Below, one piece after another: positions 48,023-60,987 of a stretch of 64,000 nucleotides of DNA (positions are counted from its first letter, which is position 1; each line of letters opens with the position of its first letter). The position numbers and the translations under genes are program-made. The DNA is taken from assembly GCA_900088475.1 (NCBI GenBank), contig FLMG01003710.1:1-64000 (forward strand), given 5' to 3'. The stretch comes from Hyphochytrium catenoides (taxonomy: Eukaryota > Protista > Hyphochytriomycota). A model generated the notes under the pieces. The model was not told the DNA's origin, did not search any database, and saw nothing but the letters and a program-made list of their open reading frames with translations.

Positions 48023-50969
48023 ATGACTCATATGGCTGCTCTTGCGAACAGAGTTGTTTACATACCACTAAGTAAGATCTTCTGTCTCAGCCTCAGCCGT
48101 GCGGCGCTCTTTCTGCATGCCCTGGTGCTGGTAGCGGCAACAGCTCACGTTCTTCAGGAGGAACGTCAGGTAGACTACCTTTAATGCAAACGAGAGTCTT
48201 TCATGCATGGCTCTCTCCTTTTATGAGAATAGACGGGACAATTCTTACATCTTTTTCTCTTGGGTCCCCTCCTATTCTCGATGCTTCCCCAAATTCTTCC
48301 GTAATGCTTCTCTGCTATTCATCTGCTAATCCTCCATTCTGTCAAGGTAACCGCCGTATTGCCTGCCCTCGATTCGTCTGTACGCCGAATCTTCTATTCC
48401 TGATAGAAAAAGCTCATGTCTTCTGCTTGATACTCTCTCTTCTAGCACTCTGTGCAGCTGCACCTCGTCCGTCAGCTGAGATCACTCCTACTTCCGAACG
48501 TTGGAGGTAGGCTTTGCACTGCTCTACAGATATTTCCTCTCTCTGTCACTTCTTAACTCTTTTTCATACTTGTTCGCTGGCACCTCCTCGTCTCTCCTAC
48601 TTGTCGTCCTCCTTGCTCCGTGTACGTACTTGCACCCCTAGCGGGTTTTGCATCTGTTGCCACTGATTCCCTTCGCACAGCTTCCTCCGAGCCAGGCACA
48701 TTGTTCTCTGATTCCGAAGCTAGAAGCTATGACATGATTTATGATCTACGCACGGCATCGAGAGGCCCTAGACAGATAGTAGAGAACTTCTATTCCTTGG
48801 TCCCGCTATCTATTGCGCTTTTCCATGTGCCTGATGGAAGCAACATAGAAGATTTGCCGGTCTTGATTCTGGAGGAAAGACTCGACAGCCAGCAAGAAGC
48901 GGAGCATGACGAGCAAGATATGCAAAGGAAGAAGGAAGAAGATATGGACAAGACAAGGAAGGGTGGGTTAGTATGGCGGGAAACGGTCCAAACGACTAGG
49001 ATCATCCTGCAGAAAGACTCTCCTCAATGGCCCAGAGGGTTAGCTGACAACTCTACTCAACTTGAGATGGCGAAGTTCTTTCGCTCTCTTCTGCAGATGG
49101 AGCTAGTCTTTACCCTCTGGACATTCGCCAACCTTCAACCAGAAGAAGAAGGCGAGAGACGTCTGAATACCAGCTGGACTATGGGTGATTTGCCTAAGGC
49201 TAAGAGAGAGCTGCAGGGTAAATATAGACTCCAGATCCGTTGCATATTTAAAAAAGGCGAGCGGGATGAAAGCCAGTCAAAGCTTCGCCTCATCTGTCCA
49301 ACCACGGTAGAAATGAAGAGAGGTTTCGAACAGTTAAACGGCGAAACCATCACCCAGAGCATTGTCTTCTTCCTGTTCGTCACAGTTCTTTATCAGGCAA
49401 GAGCCTACCGTTTAACACCTCATCTCAATCCTTACACATCTTTGATCCGCCATGGCTTTTCACACTCCTATTTTTGCAGTTAGGTCATGCTTGCCTACTC
49501 TTGCTTTTTGGCTCTTTCCGCGTATTTTCTCAGCCCTTTATCTCACTACTGACTTCTGTTTTCCTGCAGATTGTGCTCTTTCTCCTATGTTGCAAGAAGC
49601 TCAGTCGGAAGCATCAACAGCAGGAACGGAACCCGGATGACGGGTGAGCCCCCTTCATTCTCAGTGGTTCTTGTTCGTCTTTCGGTCCTCAAGGGCTCCC
49701 GGTGTTCCGCTCACCTTCATCGACACTTTCTCATGATTGCAGCTTCCTAGTGCCTTTGATGGACTCCGAAGACAAAGAGGGACGGGAGGGCTATCGTGGG
49801 AAGGTGGTGAGAAGCAGGCGGTTACTGGGGAATCTAGATGTGTGGTTTATCCTTGCCACGATCAGCAACGGCTCGATTGTCCTACACTTTACCATCGTAT
49901 GTGAAGACATCGAGCTCATCTCCAGCCCTAAGCTGCTATCTTATGAACGTCGATCTAGCTCTTCCCTTCAGTTCTTCCATCTCTATTGCCTTCCACAACC
50001 GCCTCGCACTGGCTCGCTTTCCGCATTAACGCATGCCGATGCCACTTTTTACTCGCCATTTGTTAGCAGTTGGCCTTGGCCTTTAGTTTCCATCCTACTG
50101 CCAAATACTTCTCTATCTTCATCTGGGATCATTAGATCGTCGGATCTCACTACATGTGTAACTGAGTTTACGATGCCGCCATTCCATCGTAGGCTTTGTT
50201 GCAGCTTCTTTTTGGCTCTCAGTCCGCCTATGATTCAGAGATACTTTTGGGCGTTGGCTGTGCCACCTGCTGGATATCTGCCATGCAGTACCTCAGAGGG
50301 GCCGAAAGCAGCGAACAAGAGGAAGACCGGCAAAGAGGCTCAGGAAAGCCATCACATCTGCTTTTAGCAACCATGAGTCACGGCATTCCAGAAGTCTGGG
50401 ACTTCCTTGTCGGCGTTTTCCCGTTCTTTGTGGGCTTCGCCTTTCTTGGTGTGGCATTCTTCTCCTCTGAGGTCAGTCAGAAAAGATGATGATGTACTTC
50501 TATCGCTGACTTATCACGAGCTGACTCTTTTTTGTCTCATGAAGAACCACCGCTATGCCGACATAAGCACAACTCTGCAGACTTTATTCGCTCTGATGAA
50601 TGGAGATGATATATATATGACCTTTAGGGCTTTCCAGATTTCTCTCTCTTCCATTGTAAGCCTCCCCATCCTCGGCCTCGCTCTATGCCACCATCTTTCT
50701 TCACTGTGCATCCTTTCATTCCTTACTGTGTGTCTCTGCTTCGGAACGTACTAAACCTCGCTAACCATGACTTTCCCAATTGCTAGTGCTTTCACGTCGT
50801 CTTCATCGTCTTCTTCATCTCCGTGGTGCTGAAGGCTTGCGTTGCCATCCTCATGGAGTCTTTGGAAGATGCGCTAGAAAAAGAGCAAGGGACGGCAAGT
50901 CTCAACCCCAAGGTGGCTCTCCGAAAGGAATTGGGTCAGACCAGGATTCCCAGTGAAAGGAGTGGATAG
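48023..50969 (+). CDS. Mucolipin (TRPML)/polycystin-type cation channel, about 8 exons
   Basis: S1 exon 48023-48169, luminal domain 48447-49396, S3 LDVWFILATISN, S4 ILLGVGCATCWISAMQYLR, S5 PEVWDFLVGVFPFFVGFAFLG, pore TLFALMNGDDIYMTF (TRPML: LFSLINGDDMF) and S6 FIVFFISVVLKACVAIL. Stop TAG at 50967-50969. Confidence 0.82.
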
Positions 50970-51466
50970 AGGGGACGCATCTCCACCGTAGCCATACCAA
51001 GGCAAATACGGCACCTTGCCCTGAGGGCGAATTGACATAGCGGCCTTTGACTACGTAACCTGATCAGAGGACATTGCTGTCACGCTTTTGAGCCGCAGCA
51101 CACATCCTGTGTGTCACGTGTTACCCAGCACACATCCGGTATCTGCCATTCACCTGGCACTTCCTGCCATGTTACTTGTCATCCTTACAGTCTTGGCTGT
51201 CCTCGGCTCGGGCAACTCAGTCTCCCCTAGCTTTAGCTTGTTGAATATGTCTAGAGGACACCTCAGTCACCTTGGAGCTTCATCGCGCCTTAGATCTGAT
51301 TGGGGCCCGGCCCGCGTGTGTCTCTGTAAGCTAATTAAATCAGAGGTCTCCTGCAGCTAGTTGATCCTGACTATTACGTTATAAATGAGGCGCTATAATA
51401 ATGAGGCTATCTTCCCAGTCTTTTCCCCATTTTTGCCCTTCTCCTCAGAATCATCCACGAGGTTCC

Positions 51467-54400
51467 CTATGTTAGATCTTGTCCCAGCTTTAGCGCGAGG
51501 ACAGCATCGTTGTACTGACTAAGAGCATCCTGGATATCATCTTGCAGCTGCATAGCAAGAGGTACTAGTTCCATGTTGACACCCGCCCCAATCTGAGCGG
51601 ATGCCGCTACTCTAGGTTGTAGAACCTTGACAGCGTGAATCATCTCCTGAAGAGCGCTGTCCTTCCTGATGTCACCTTGGGAGTAAATCACCTTGCCAAG
51701 CAATTGGTGAACTAGCTGTTCCACCTAATTGGAGCAAAGAAATATGTCAAGGTTAGGATGCACGCCATAGAGCTTAAAGAGCAGCCGAGAAAGGACTCCA
51801 TACGCAGCAGCAGGAAGGTTGGGAAATAAGGAAAGGAGGTTGGTATGAGGATCCCCAGTGTGGAGTGCCACCAAGTCTTTGTTAGCGTTACCTCTTGCAA
51901 CTCAGCCTCATCCAGTGGCATGGCATTCTTGGCTGATGCGAGAGCATCCCTTTCTTCCTTTTCCCACTTCTTACGGGCTTCGGCATAGGCTTCTCGCTCC
52001 ATAATATCTGGCATACACTGGTTAGGCGTTGTCTGATAGAGGATGGGCATTGAAGGAGCAAAAACAGAAAGAGAAAGGCGATGCAGACATGAAGCAAGTA
52101 GCTAAACGACACCGATTTGGTTCGCAGTGAGATGTAGAAATAGAGAAAGGGTTAGGGTTAGGGTTATTGGTTTACCTTGCACTCTGAGCGTCAGGTTCAG
52201 GAACCTATCCATATGAATATTGAACAGGGCATCTGGCATTTGGGTGAGAACCTGGGTCATGTAGCGGTTTAGCTCCTTTTCTCTCCTTGCAATAAACTTC
52301 TCCTCTTGATTCTTGCCAAAGGCGGAGGACACAGGATGGCGCTTGGGGAAGCGGGGGAACCATGGGGGCCGCTTCCCTCTCTGGCCCGAAGCGGCACTCT
52401 TAAGTTCCTAAGAGGAAGGGTTACCAAGAATGAACATGAGCATTGTGCAGTTTTTAATTCACATCTTGTTCTCCTCTCTTCTTCCAAGGACTAGCCCATC
52501 ATTGCTAATCTTTATCTCTCTTTTTCAATGTTCAGGGCTAGATTCCCAATCTTGAGTCTTTCATATGTTTCCACATTGAATCCTTGTGTTTCTTACCTGG
52601 TGAAGGGCGTTGAAGTCGTTGTATCTGCCTCCTACTAGCCATGCTGTCTGACTCTTGTCAAGCACATCTCTTCCCCAGGTACAGCGTAAGACGTACTCCG
52701 TGTACTCTACGCCCCAACTCTCGTCCTGCTGCCTCCTATGTCCTAACATTGTGCAGGTGAAAACACCACCCTACGAGACGAAGAAAGTCATTAAGCACAT
52801 CCGATAGGTCGACACCGATTTTCCTTCAGTAACAACATCTAGGTATTCCGTCCAGACTGTGTTCCATCCTATAACTGTCTATTGCGCTGCCCTTTACCTT
52901 ATATGGAATTGGTGGTCCGGTCGAGAAATCATGGTTCTGCTGCACAGCCGTAGCCTCAGCCTCCTCGTCAGCAGTCATCATTGGGCCAGCGGGAAGTTCA
53001 TTGCCCTCGCCTGCAACACGCGTAAAGTACAACGATGAGAAGCAAGGAAAGTGCGAAAAAGTGATATTGATCAAGGGAAGAGGGAAGAGGGTTGCAAAGA
53101 TGACAACAATATAAGTCTTGTCAGAATGTTAAGTCATAAGACGTAAGGAGAGCATTTTTGTACCGAATATATCCTTCCCGGCCTCCGCCAGCTCGTCCGG
53201 CGTATAATCCTTAGGGATAACAGCCTCGTCGTTCTGATTCAGCCAGGAGATATCTGGGTTTTGAAGAGAGTGATCATCGGCACTCTGAAGCAAAGGAGAA
53301 GCACCTGCTGCGAGTGCAGCTCCATCCGCAAGGAGGGGGTCCCTCGACATCTATGAAATGAGAAAAAAAGGACGCAGGAAAGAGGTGACGATGAGAAGGG
53401 TGGGGTAATCGATGGATTTGACGTATGTTGACTTACCCCTGCCTCCGGAGATTGCATCTCTCCCAGCTTGGCCTCATTGTACCGGCTTAGAGCTGCAGCC
53501 TACACAGCCGGGCCCGCAAAAGGAATGTCAACCAACTGGTGACGGTTATGGCAGATCTACCTTAAGAAGAGCACAGTGACGGACACCTAAACCAATGAAA
53601 CTACTAGACAGGATCCTCACCTCCATTTGGTGGGCATAACTAGCCGCTTCGGCGGCGGCTGCCGCCTCCTGTGCAGCCTGTGCAGCAGCAAGTGCCGCAG
53701 CCTGAGCGGAAGCCACAGCTTTCTCGCGCTTATAAACTTCGCGAGCTGGGGTTGTCGGATATACGATTTAGAAACGGAGATGTCAGTTGGTGCAGCCATG
53801 ATAGGTTGTGACAGGACATAGAGTCGCGACATTGCGAAATGTACGGCAAAGTGTAAACGGGAGGAATCATTCTCCCCATCCGTAGTGTGCAATAAGGGTG
53901 GGGATTCATCATGACGTAAGTAAGTCTGCACTCACTCTGATATCCTCTGAAGGCCGCTTGCACCTTAGTAGCTGCCGCGTTCTTTTGCTGTGCAATGCGA
54001 ATAGCCTCGGCCCTCCTCTTGGCGGCCTCAGCTTCTTCCAACGCCTTCCTTTGAGCTTCAGCCTCGGCCTCTGCAGCCAAAGTCCGCGCATGCACATCTT
54101 CATAGCGCTGATTGAACAGCTGTCTTGCGACAATCTACAGGTAAAGAGGAAGCGCACATCACGGGTCCGAAGAGAGGGTGTAACGACACAAAAAAATGTC
54201 AGAGAAGAGAGTCTATGCCTCAGATGTATAAGAGCGCCAAGGTAGATTATCTAGAGCTTACCTTAGCAAAGGCAACCTTCCATCTTTCTTGAGCAAGGCG
54301 GGCTATATCCGCGGCCTCCTTAGCTGCCTGCGCAGCTGCTCTTGCCCTTTCCGCTGCTGCTACCGCCGCGCTCTTAGCATCCTGGAATTCAAGGCGGCCC

Positions 54401-57400
54401 AGATGCCCTCTGTAAACCTTTTGAATCTTCAGTGCGGAGGCATTTGCTAGCGCCGTAGCCTTCTCGGCCTCGATGCGCTCCTGAAGAAGAGGAACAGAAG
54501 GCAAGACAAGCAAACATTTGGCAACGAAATGTGCAAGAAGAACGAAATGTTAGGCCACGAAAAGGCAAATGTCAAGCTAACTTAGAGCATATACACTGCG
54601 AGGGACTACGGTAGCAGACGAAAACGCAAGTGACAGCCAAGTAGTAAATGAGGGAAGCGGACGGGCAGCTAATGGGACCCTAGAGAAATGAAAGGCAAAC
54701 AGGCAAAAGCCGTAATTACGAATGAGATAGGTAATAGATATTGCGGCCTCAATCTACCTGTTCTAACTTCACGCGGACTGTCCGGAACTTATCCAAAAGG
54801 AAAGACGAAGCCGCCACCTTCAAGTGAGCAGTCTTCCACGCTTTGATTAATGTAGCACGCCTCTTTGCTAGCTGCTTGGCTGCCGTCACCCGATGTTTAT
54901 ACTGCTTCTGAGCCTGATTATTCACAGAGAAAAGACCAACCGAGGAAGGGTGGATTAGAGAGTCGACAGGTACGATGCCTTCAAAGACAAAGGACAAGCC
55001 CTACCTTAAACATGCGGAATGTCGCTTGGATCTTGAGAACTGCCTTCTTCTTGGTCTTAATGTAGTCAAGGAGCCAAAGAAAGCCTTGTTGGGCGAGGAT
55101 CTTGGCAGTGGCATATCGCCAGCGCCGCCGAGCCAACCACTTCTTAAGACGGCTAACAATCCATGGGCCCATCTTCTTCATGTCCACCTGAAGGTACATG
55201 AAGTTAGTCTATGCCGTCCAATGAATAGAATTGGTCTCAAAAGGGAAAAGAGATCCTTGACACTGACGACAGCTTGATGACACTACGGAGACTTGCAGCG
55301 TATCCAGTGTGCTCACCTTTAGAAGAGCATCGAGGAGAGCGATCTTGCCCGTCTTGAAAAACACCTTCGTCCTTCCCAGTCTGTATGCATCAGGGTCCAC
55401 CCTGAACGCCCACAAGACGGCTTCGGTGAAGGTCCGATCATTGTACTGTCGGAACATTCTATCGGAAGGGGAGCAGTCAGTGGGGCATTACACAGGCGAC
55501 GGTGACTAAGCCATCTTGATGGATTTAGGACCCCTTGCATGAACTAGACAAGGATATAAAGATCAAACATGGCCGGCGTGCAACGCCGAAGAACAAAGCA
55601 AACCATTGGTGCACTAGCGGTCGACAAAGGGGAGGAGTAAGTAATAGCAGCATTCTCTTTGTTGCTCGGCGTCATCAAACACAACTTGCTGATTTGAACA
55701 AAGTCACTAGAATATTACCTCTCCACTTGGTCTGGCAAGACGGGCTTGTAGATGCGACAGATCTCCCCATACGAAATTCGAGTCGGCAGTCCGACCTTCA
55801 ACAACTCGCATGTGGCTAACATTCCGGTGCACCGCAGTTGGTCGACAACGTACCTGCAATGAAAGGAAAAGGATCAGAACATGAGCTCTAACTTGGCGAC
55901 AGGAAGGGAGCGGGAGACGTCAACTGACAGAAAGCAGGCGTAACCGAGGTAAACCGTACGATGTACGATAGTCAACCAAACTAAGGGCCCTCCAACTATT
56001 GCTGTCCCCTTAGGGGCAAAGCCGGGAGACGGCTGCCAATATGAGACTACCGGAAAGTGAACGACAAACCGCAAGAAATAGGAAAAGACAACGATGTACC
56101 AGTTATCAAACAGGCCGGGCTTCATCATCGCGTTAGGTTTGATACACCGGATGAAATTGCAGCGAGTGGAGTCTAAGGTGTTGACAAGATCCTGCATCTG
56201 CGAGCTGAAACGGCCACTAACGCTCTGATTACGACGCTGAGGGGCATTCCTTGCTGGAGCCTTCGTTAAGTCCTTAACAGAAGAGCAATTTCGATAAGTC
56301 CGAAACAAACCATGGGGGACAGAAGACTTTGAGAAAAGGCAACAGCGACACGACAGCAGCAGCACGACCCGACCAGGCTCTCTCCAGAGAGGAAGTGGTG
56401 GGACCAAGCTAAACAGCAAAACCTGAGGCAGAATAAACAAGAAGAGCATAGTTTCTCTTCCTCCATGGATGTCAATCTTTCCGTTCCCCTCCATGACGTT
56501 GGACTGTCCCCAGTTTCCCCAATTTCTGCTCTCACAATCTCTTACCTTTTCGCCTTGTGCGACTTGAAGGATGTCTGCGATTAGAGGGACGGTGCTACTT
56601 CTTAGTAGTGCCTCAAGGTCGGCTGGGATCGTGTCATCGTTCTTATCAATGAAGTTTCCAATGGTATAGGTCACACGTGTAGCGAAATGCTTGATAATGA
56701 ACTGATATTTCTTATCCTTAGGATGCGGGGCAATGAAATGCGGGTTCTGGGGATATGCAGAGGTTAAAGAAAGGCAGCATTCATGGTAAAAGGAAGCCCG
56801 TCAGTCAGGCAAGTAACACCTTTGGTAAGAATTAGGAGAAGAAAGCGGAAGAGCTTTTGACAGGACAATCTGCACTACAGGCCATAGAAAGAGATAACAT
56901 CGACGTGGGACAGGTAAGAGATTCACCTTTTCATGGGTCTTATGCAGCGCAGCGTTCCATTTCTCATCCGAAGAGTTGATAGTAAGCATCTCCTGATCCA
57001 GCAAGCTCAAAATACCATCCGGCTTACGCGAAATGAGGTCAATACATTCCCGATTATCAGGCCAGATAATCGTGCCAACCTCCAACCCTAAAAAGGCAGA
57101 GACCATTGACTATTGAGTGAGATGCACACTTGAAAGACAGCAAAAGCAACATCTTCCAGGCCAGGAAAGAGGAACCGAAACAACATTTAGTCATATTCGC
57201 CAGAAGTCTCACTCTAAATGATGGCCAACGAATACTCTCCTTCACCTTACCCTCATTGCGATATAAATCTTGCTCTGCAATGAAGACCTGCTGATTGAAG
57301 GTCGCTTGGAGCGCCTCATTCGCATAGTTGATCAGCAACTGCTCAAAGTCATTCTTCTGGAAAGATTCAAACCCAAAGATATCCTAGGCGAAATAGAAGG

Positions 57401-59936
57401 GAGAGGTGGTAAGGTGCAGGGAAGACTGGGCAGGCGCGATGGAAATCGACTTAAACTCAGCTCCTCCTCTGGGCCGATTACCACCTATCTACCGCAAGCG
57501 AGCGGCTATGTTAGGGCTTCTTCCTTACCAGTACTCCAATGAATGGTAATTCCGGTGGCCCTTGCCCCAGTGAAAGATTGATCATGTTCACAATCCACAG
57601 GAAGGTCCCGTTATAGAGCGACTTTGCAATGCCATCTCTAGCATAAGTAGCCGCCTGGCTGTCTCTCTTAACAATGAAAGTCTCCCCTTTGGCAGTGATA
57701 ACTCGCTGACAAATGACATTACGTAGGCCTTCCATGTCCAAGCCAAGAAGGGAAGCAGCAGTCTGCAGAGAAGAGACATCCGTAACCTTGGACACCCTTC
57801 CTTCCACTGTTTCTTCATCTGCCAGGGTGATGTTCCCTAGATGAAGGAGCCCAGCCAAGATACCGAATAGAATCTTTTGCATGTCATTGTTGATAAGAAC
57901 GGATCTATAGGAGATAAGAGTCAGACCCTGTGTTATCCCTGTTAGCCTGTCGGTGATGCCTTCAGCATCAATATCTATACTTGAAGGAGATCTGGATAGC
58001 TCTAAGTCCCCCTGAGCTCTGATTTCTTCTCTACATTGTCCTGGCTCACCCCACCCCACCCAAGGAGTTCACCTTAGGAACCTGATTCCCTTCTCTTACT
58101 AAACGCGTATTATTTGGGCTACGGGAAACCGTACCTGAGCGCAGAAGTGGTATCCTCCCACCACAGCTCATCGTCCATGTCTTCTGCTACGGTGCACCCG
58201 CTTTGCTTCAGGTACCAATAATCCTCAGGCGCCCTGAGCTTATAGTGTTCTCGCATCTCCTCGCTTGCGCCAGCCAGCAGCTGGTAGAAGATATGAAAGT
58301 TGCGCTCTCCCTCAATCTGATGAACCAGCCTCGACCTGCGAAATGAGACAGGAACCAATAGAGATACATGTAAGAGACATGGACGAACACAAATAAGCAA
58401 CAGGTGGGGCTGTAACTCCTGTAATGACTGTCTTTCTCGCACGGTAGCATCCTGTCCCTCGTGTCTCTGCCTTACAGCTTCCTATGCCGAATCTCCTAGT
58501 TCTCCTACCGTTCCCATGCCATCCCTCCCACTTCTCCTTCTCTTCCCTATACATTAAAACTTCCACCATTGACTCCTCAGTCGGTTAAAGTAAATTTGAT
58601 GCCTACCTCTCTAGTAAATAGGTCTCAATGCTGGCACCAACTAACGAGTGAGCTGCATGAATAAGTTATTGGGAAAAACGATGTCAGCAAGAGGGACCCC
58701 CGACTACCAAGCGCAGGTTTTTATTAAGCAAAGGCGAAAGCACTCTACTTTGCCAGCTCACCCAGAATCAGAAAAAACCGCTAAGGCAGGAGACTGGCAG
58801 CTAATGATGGCACATCCTTACCTGAGTCAGGTGAAAACTGCAACTTCATGAACTTCCCGAAGCGCGAGGAGTTATTGTTCCTCAAGGTCTTAGCGTTACC
58901 AAAGGATTCCAAAATCGGGTTAGAGTCTAGAAGCCGACGATCTAGCTCCGCCTGAGCCATCTCCCCCTTGTTCCCACTGCTAATTGCATGCTCTCTAATA
59001 GTAAGAAAGCGCAGAACAATCTTTGAGGTCTCAGTTTTTCCTGCTCCTGATTCTCCGGAGATGACAATCGATTGCGATTGTGCTGGCTCCCAGAGGCACA
59101 TCTGCTGGAACGCCGTTTCTGCTACGGCATAGGGGTGCGGAGGACGATCTCCTTGCTGCGCCTTGATGTACTCCGTGACCTTGGGCTCAAGAAGCGGCCG
59201 AAGCGGATTTACCGCAATGAGGACATTAGCCATGTAGGTGTATGGCTTGCCATCATTGCTGCGCTCCTTGAGATTGTGCAGAATGCCTGGTAGAGGAACG
59301 CAGGATTGTACTCAATAAGTCGACCGACGAGAAGAGGCAGTGAAGAGGAGCACGAGGGTAAAAGGAAACAGGAGAGAGAAGAGAAGGAACTGTGTGCACC
59401 TGCTTCGTGAATGTAGTAGAGTGAGGTCATATCCTCAACGGTTCTTGGGTTCATTTTATGCATATTCTCCGAGAGGTTGCGAAGGTCAATCTCTTCATCT
59501 CGCCCTTTCGCAGTGCGGACCTTGATCACCATATTATCCGACTGTGCGACATAAGCACAAGGGGACGAGAGACGGGGGTGAGAAAACCGAGCGCGTTAGA
59601 ACAGAAGGTTTAAAACTCCTGCCAGGGCAAGGAGGGCAAGAGGAATCAAAAGCAGGAAAGTGGTGAGGTAGGTCTTACCATACTGGTGATGGTGGCGGGT
59701 ATCCAGACATCTTCTGAATCTGGAACCCAGATATCTGTCCCGACCTCCACCGGCTCCTTATCCAGAGACTCAAGGACCTGTTGGCTATTTCGACGGCGTA
59801 GGCTGTGGCGGCGGGCTAAGTTCTGTTGGACGACGCGACCGATGTCCGAAGTGGGCGCGGCACGCGGCTTCTGCGGCTGAAAGGGCTTGTTCGTAGGCAG
59901 GTTTGCCGCCGTCGTCAGTGTCTTCCGGAAAGCCAT
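51467..59936 (-). CDS. Unconventional myosin heavy chain: SH3-like N-terminus, motor, 3 IQ motifs, Ala/Glu-rich helix, PX domain and GAT-like C-terminus
   Basis: [65 protein letters not shown] and [10 protein letters not shown] motifs [20 protein letters not shown] and [11 protein letters not shown] motifs [35 protein letters not shown]. Confidence 0.92.
52149..52166. repeat. Interstitial telomere-like repeat (GGGTTA)3 in a myosin intron
   Basis: gggttagggttagggtta visible in the sequence. Confidence 0.7.
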
Positions 59937-60987
59937 AGTTCCTGCACCTGTCTACTGTCAGCTACAGGGCCTGCAAATAATGTTTCGCGTCTCATAGGCA
60001 GCACAAACAGACTCAGACTGGTCCTCACCTGGTCAACCCTGGCAAGCGCAACGGCTCGCCTACCCTCTTTGGCTCTTCCTACTGACACTAGTATTCGTGA
60101 CTAGTTCTAGGCTAGTCTTCAACGATGCTAAAGGAGCCTCCCAATGCAGCGCGCCTTGAGCGGCAACGGCATTCAAGGCTCCGTTCAGTGCCCTTGCGGT
60201 CTGTTGATAGCAGTGTCTGCAACGCCCTCTTGGCTCGAGGCAATAATGAGCGAGGCGAGCCAGATGTCAGAGGAGGTGAGCCGTGCGGTGGACAAGCCAA
60301 ACATCGGGACAGCACTGAAACGGGGAGGATCAGAGTCAAAGAGGACAATATGGAGGAAGACAGAGGCCAAAGGCCAATGAGAGAGAGGGCTCAAAAAGAA
60401 GAGAGATTAGGGTATAAAGCTAGAGAGACATCGAGACAGAGTGGCCGAGAGAGAGGAAGAGAGAGAGTAAGAGAGAGCACGGGTCATGTTGTTGGGTGAC
60501 TTCCATTGTGGCCGTACTTTGCTCCGTTTCCCTCAACTCACACATAAGGACAAAGGATAGGAGACCGATTTCATATCTAAGCACTAATTATGCTCAATGT
60601 CGCTTCATATCCTGAGCCTATTTAGAATGGTCACTGCGTTCTGATCCTCCTTGGCTTGCGACCTAAACGTTAATAATACGGTACGAGGGGAGAGTAGTGT
60701 CGTGGCGAGACTAGGTCCTTAGGATGATATCGTATTACTACTTCTCGAATACAAAAAGCTGCTGGATCCGTCTGCGAATTATACGGTGATTAAACCTTTA
60801 TTCACATCATTGCCAACAACTTAGAGAGTTGTGTATTATAAGGCAGGTGAACCTGACAATCTCCTCTGCCACCTTGGGCTTGACCACTTCTGATGGTCCT
60901 ACCCAGTGTCAAATATCAAAATTTGTCAGTCTGTCAACAGTGTTGAGAAATAACCGATGTTGAAGCTCTCTCTGTACTGCAAGGTGA

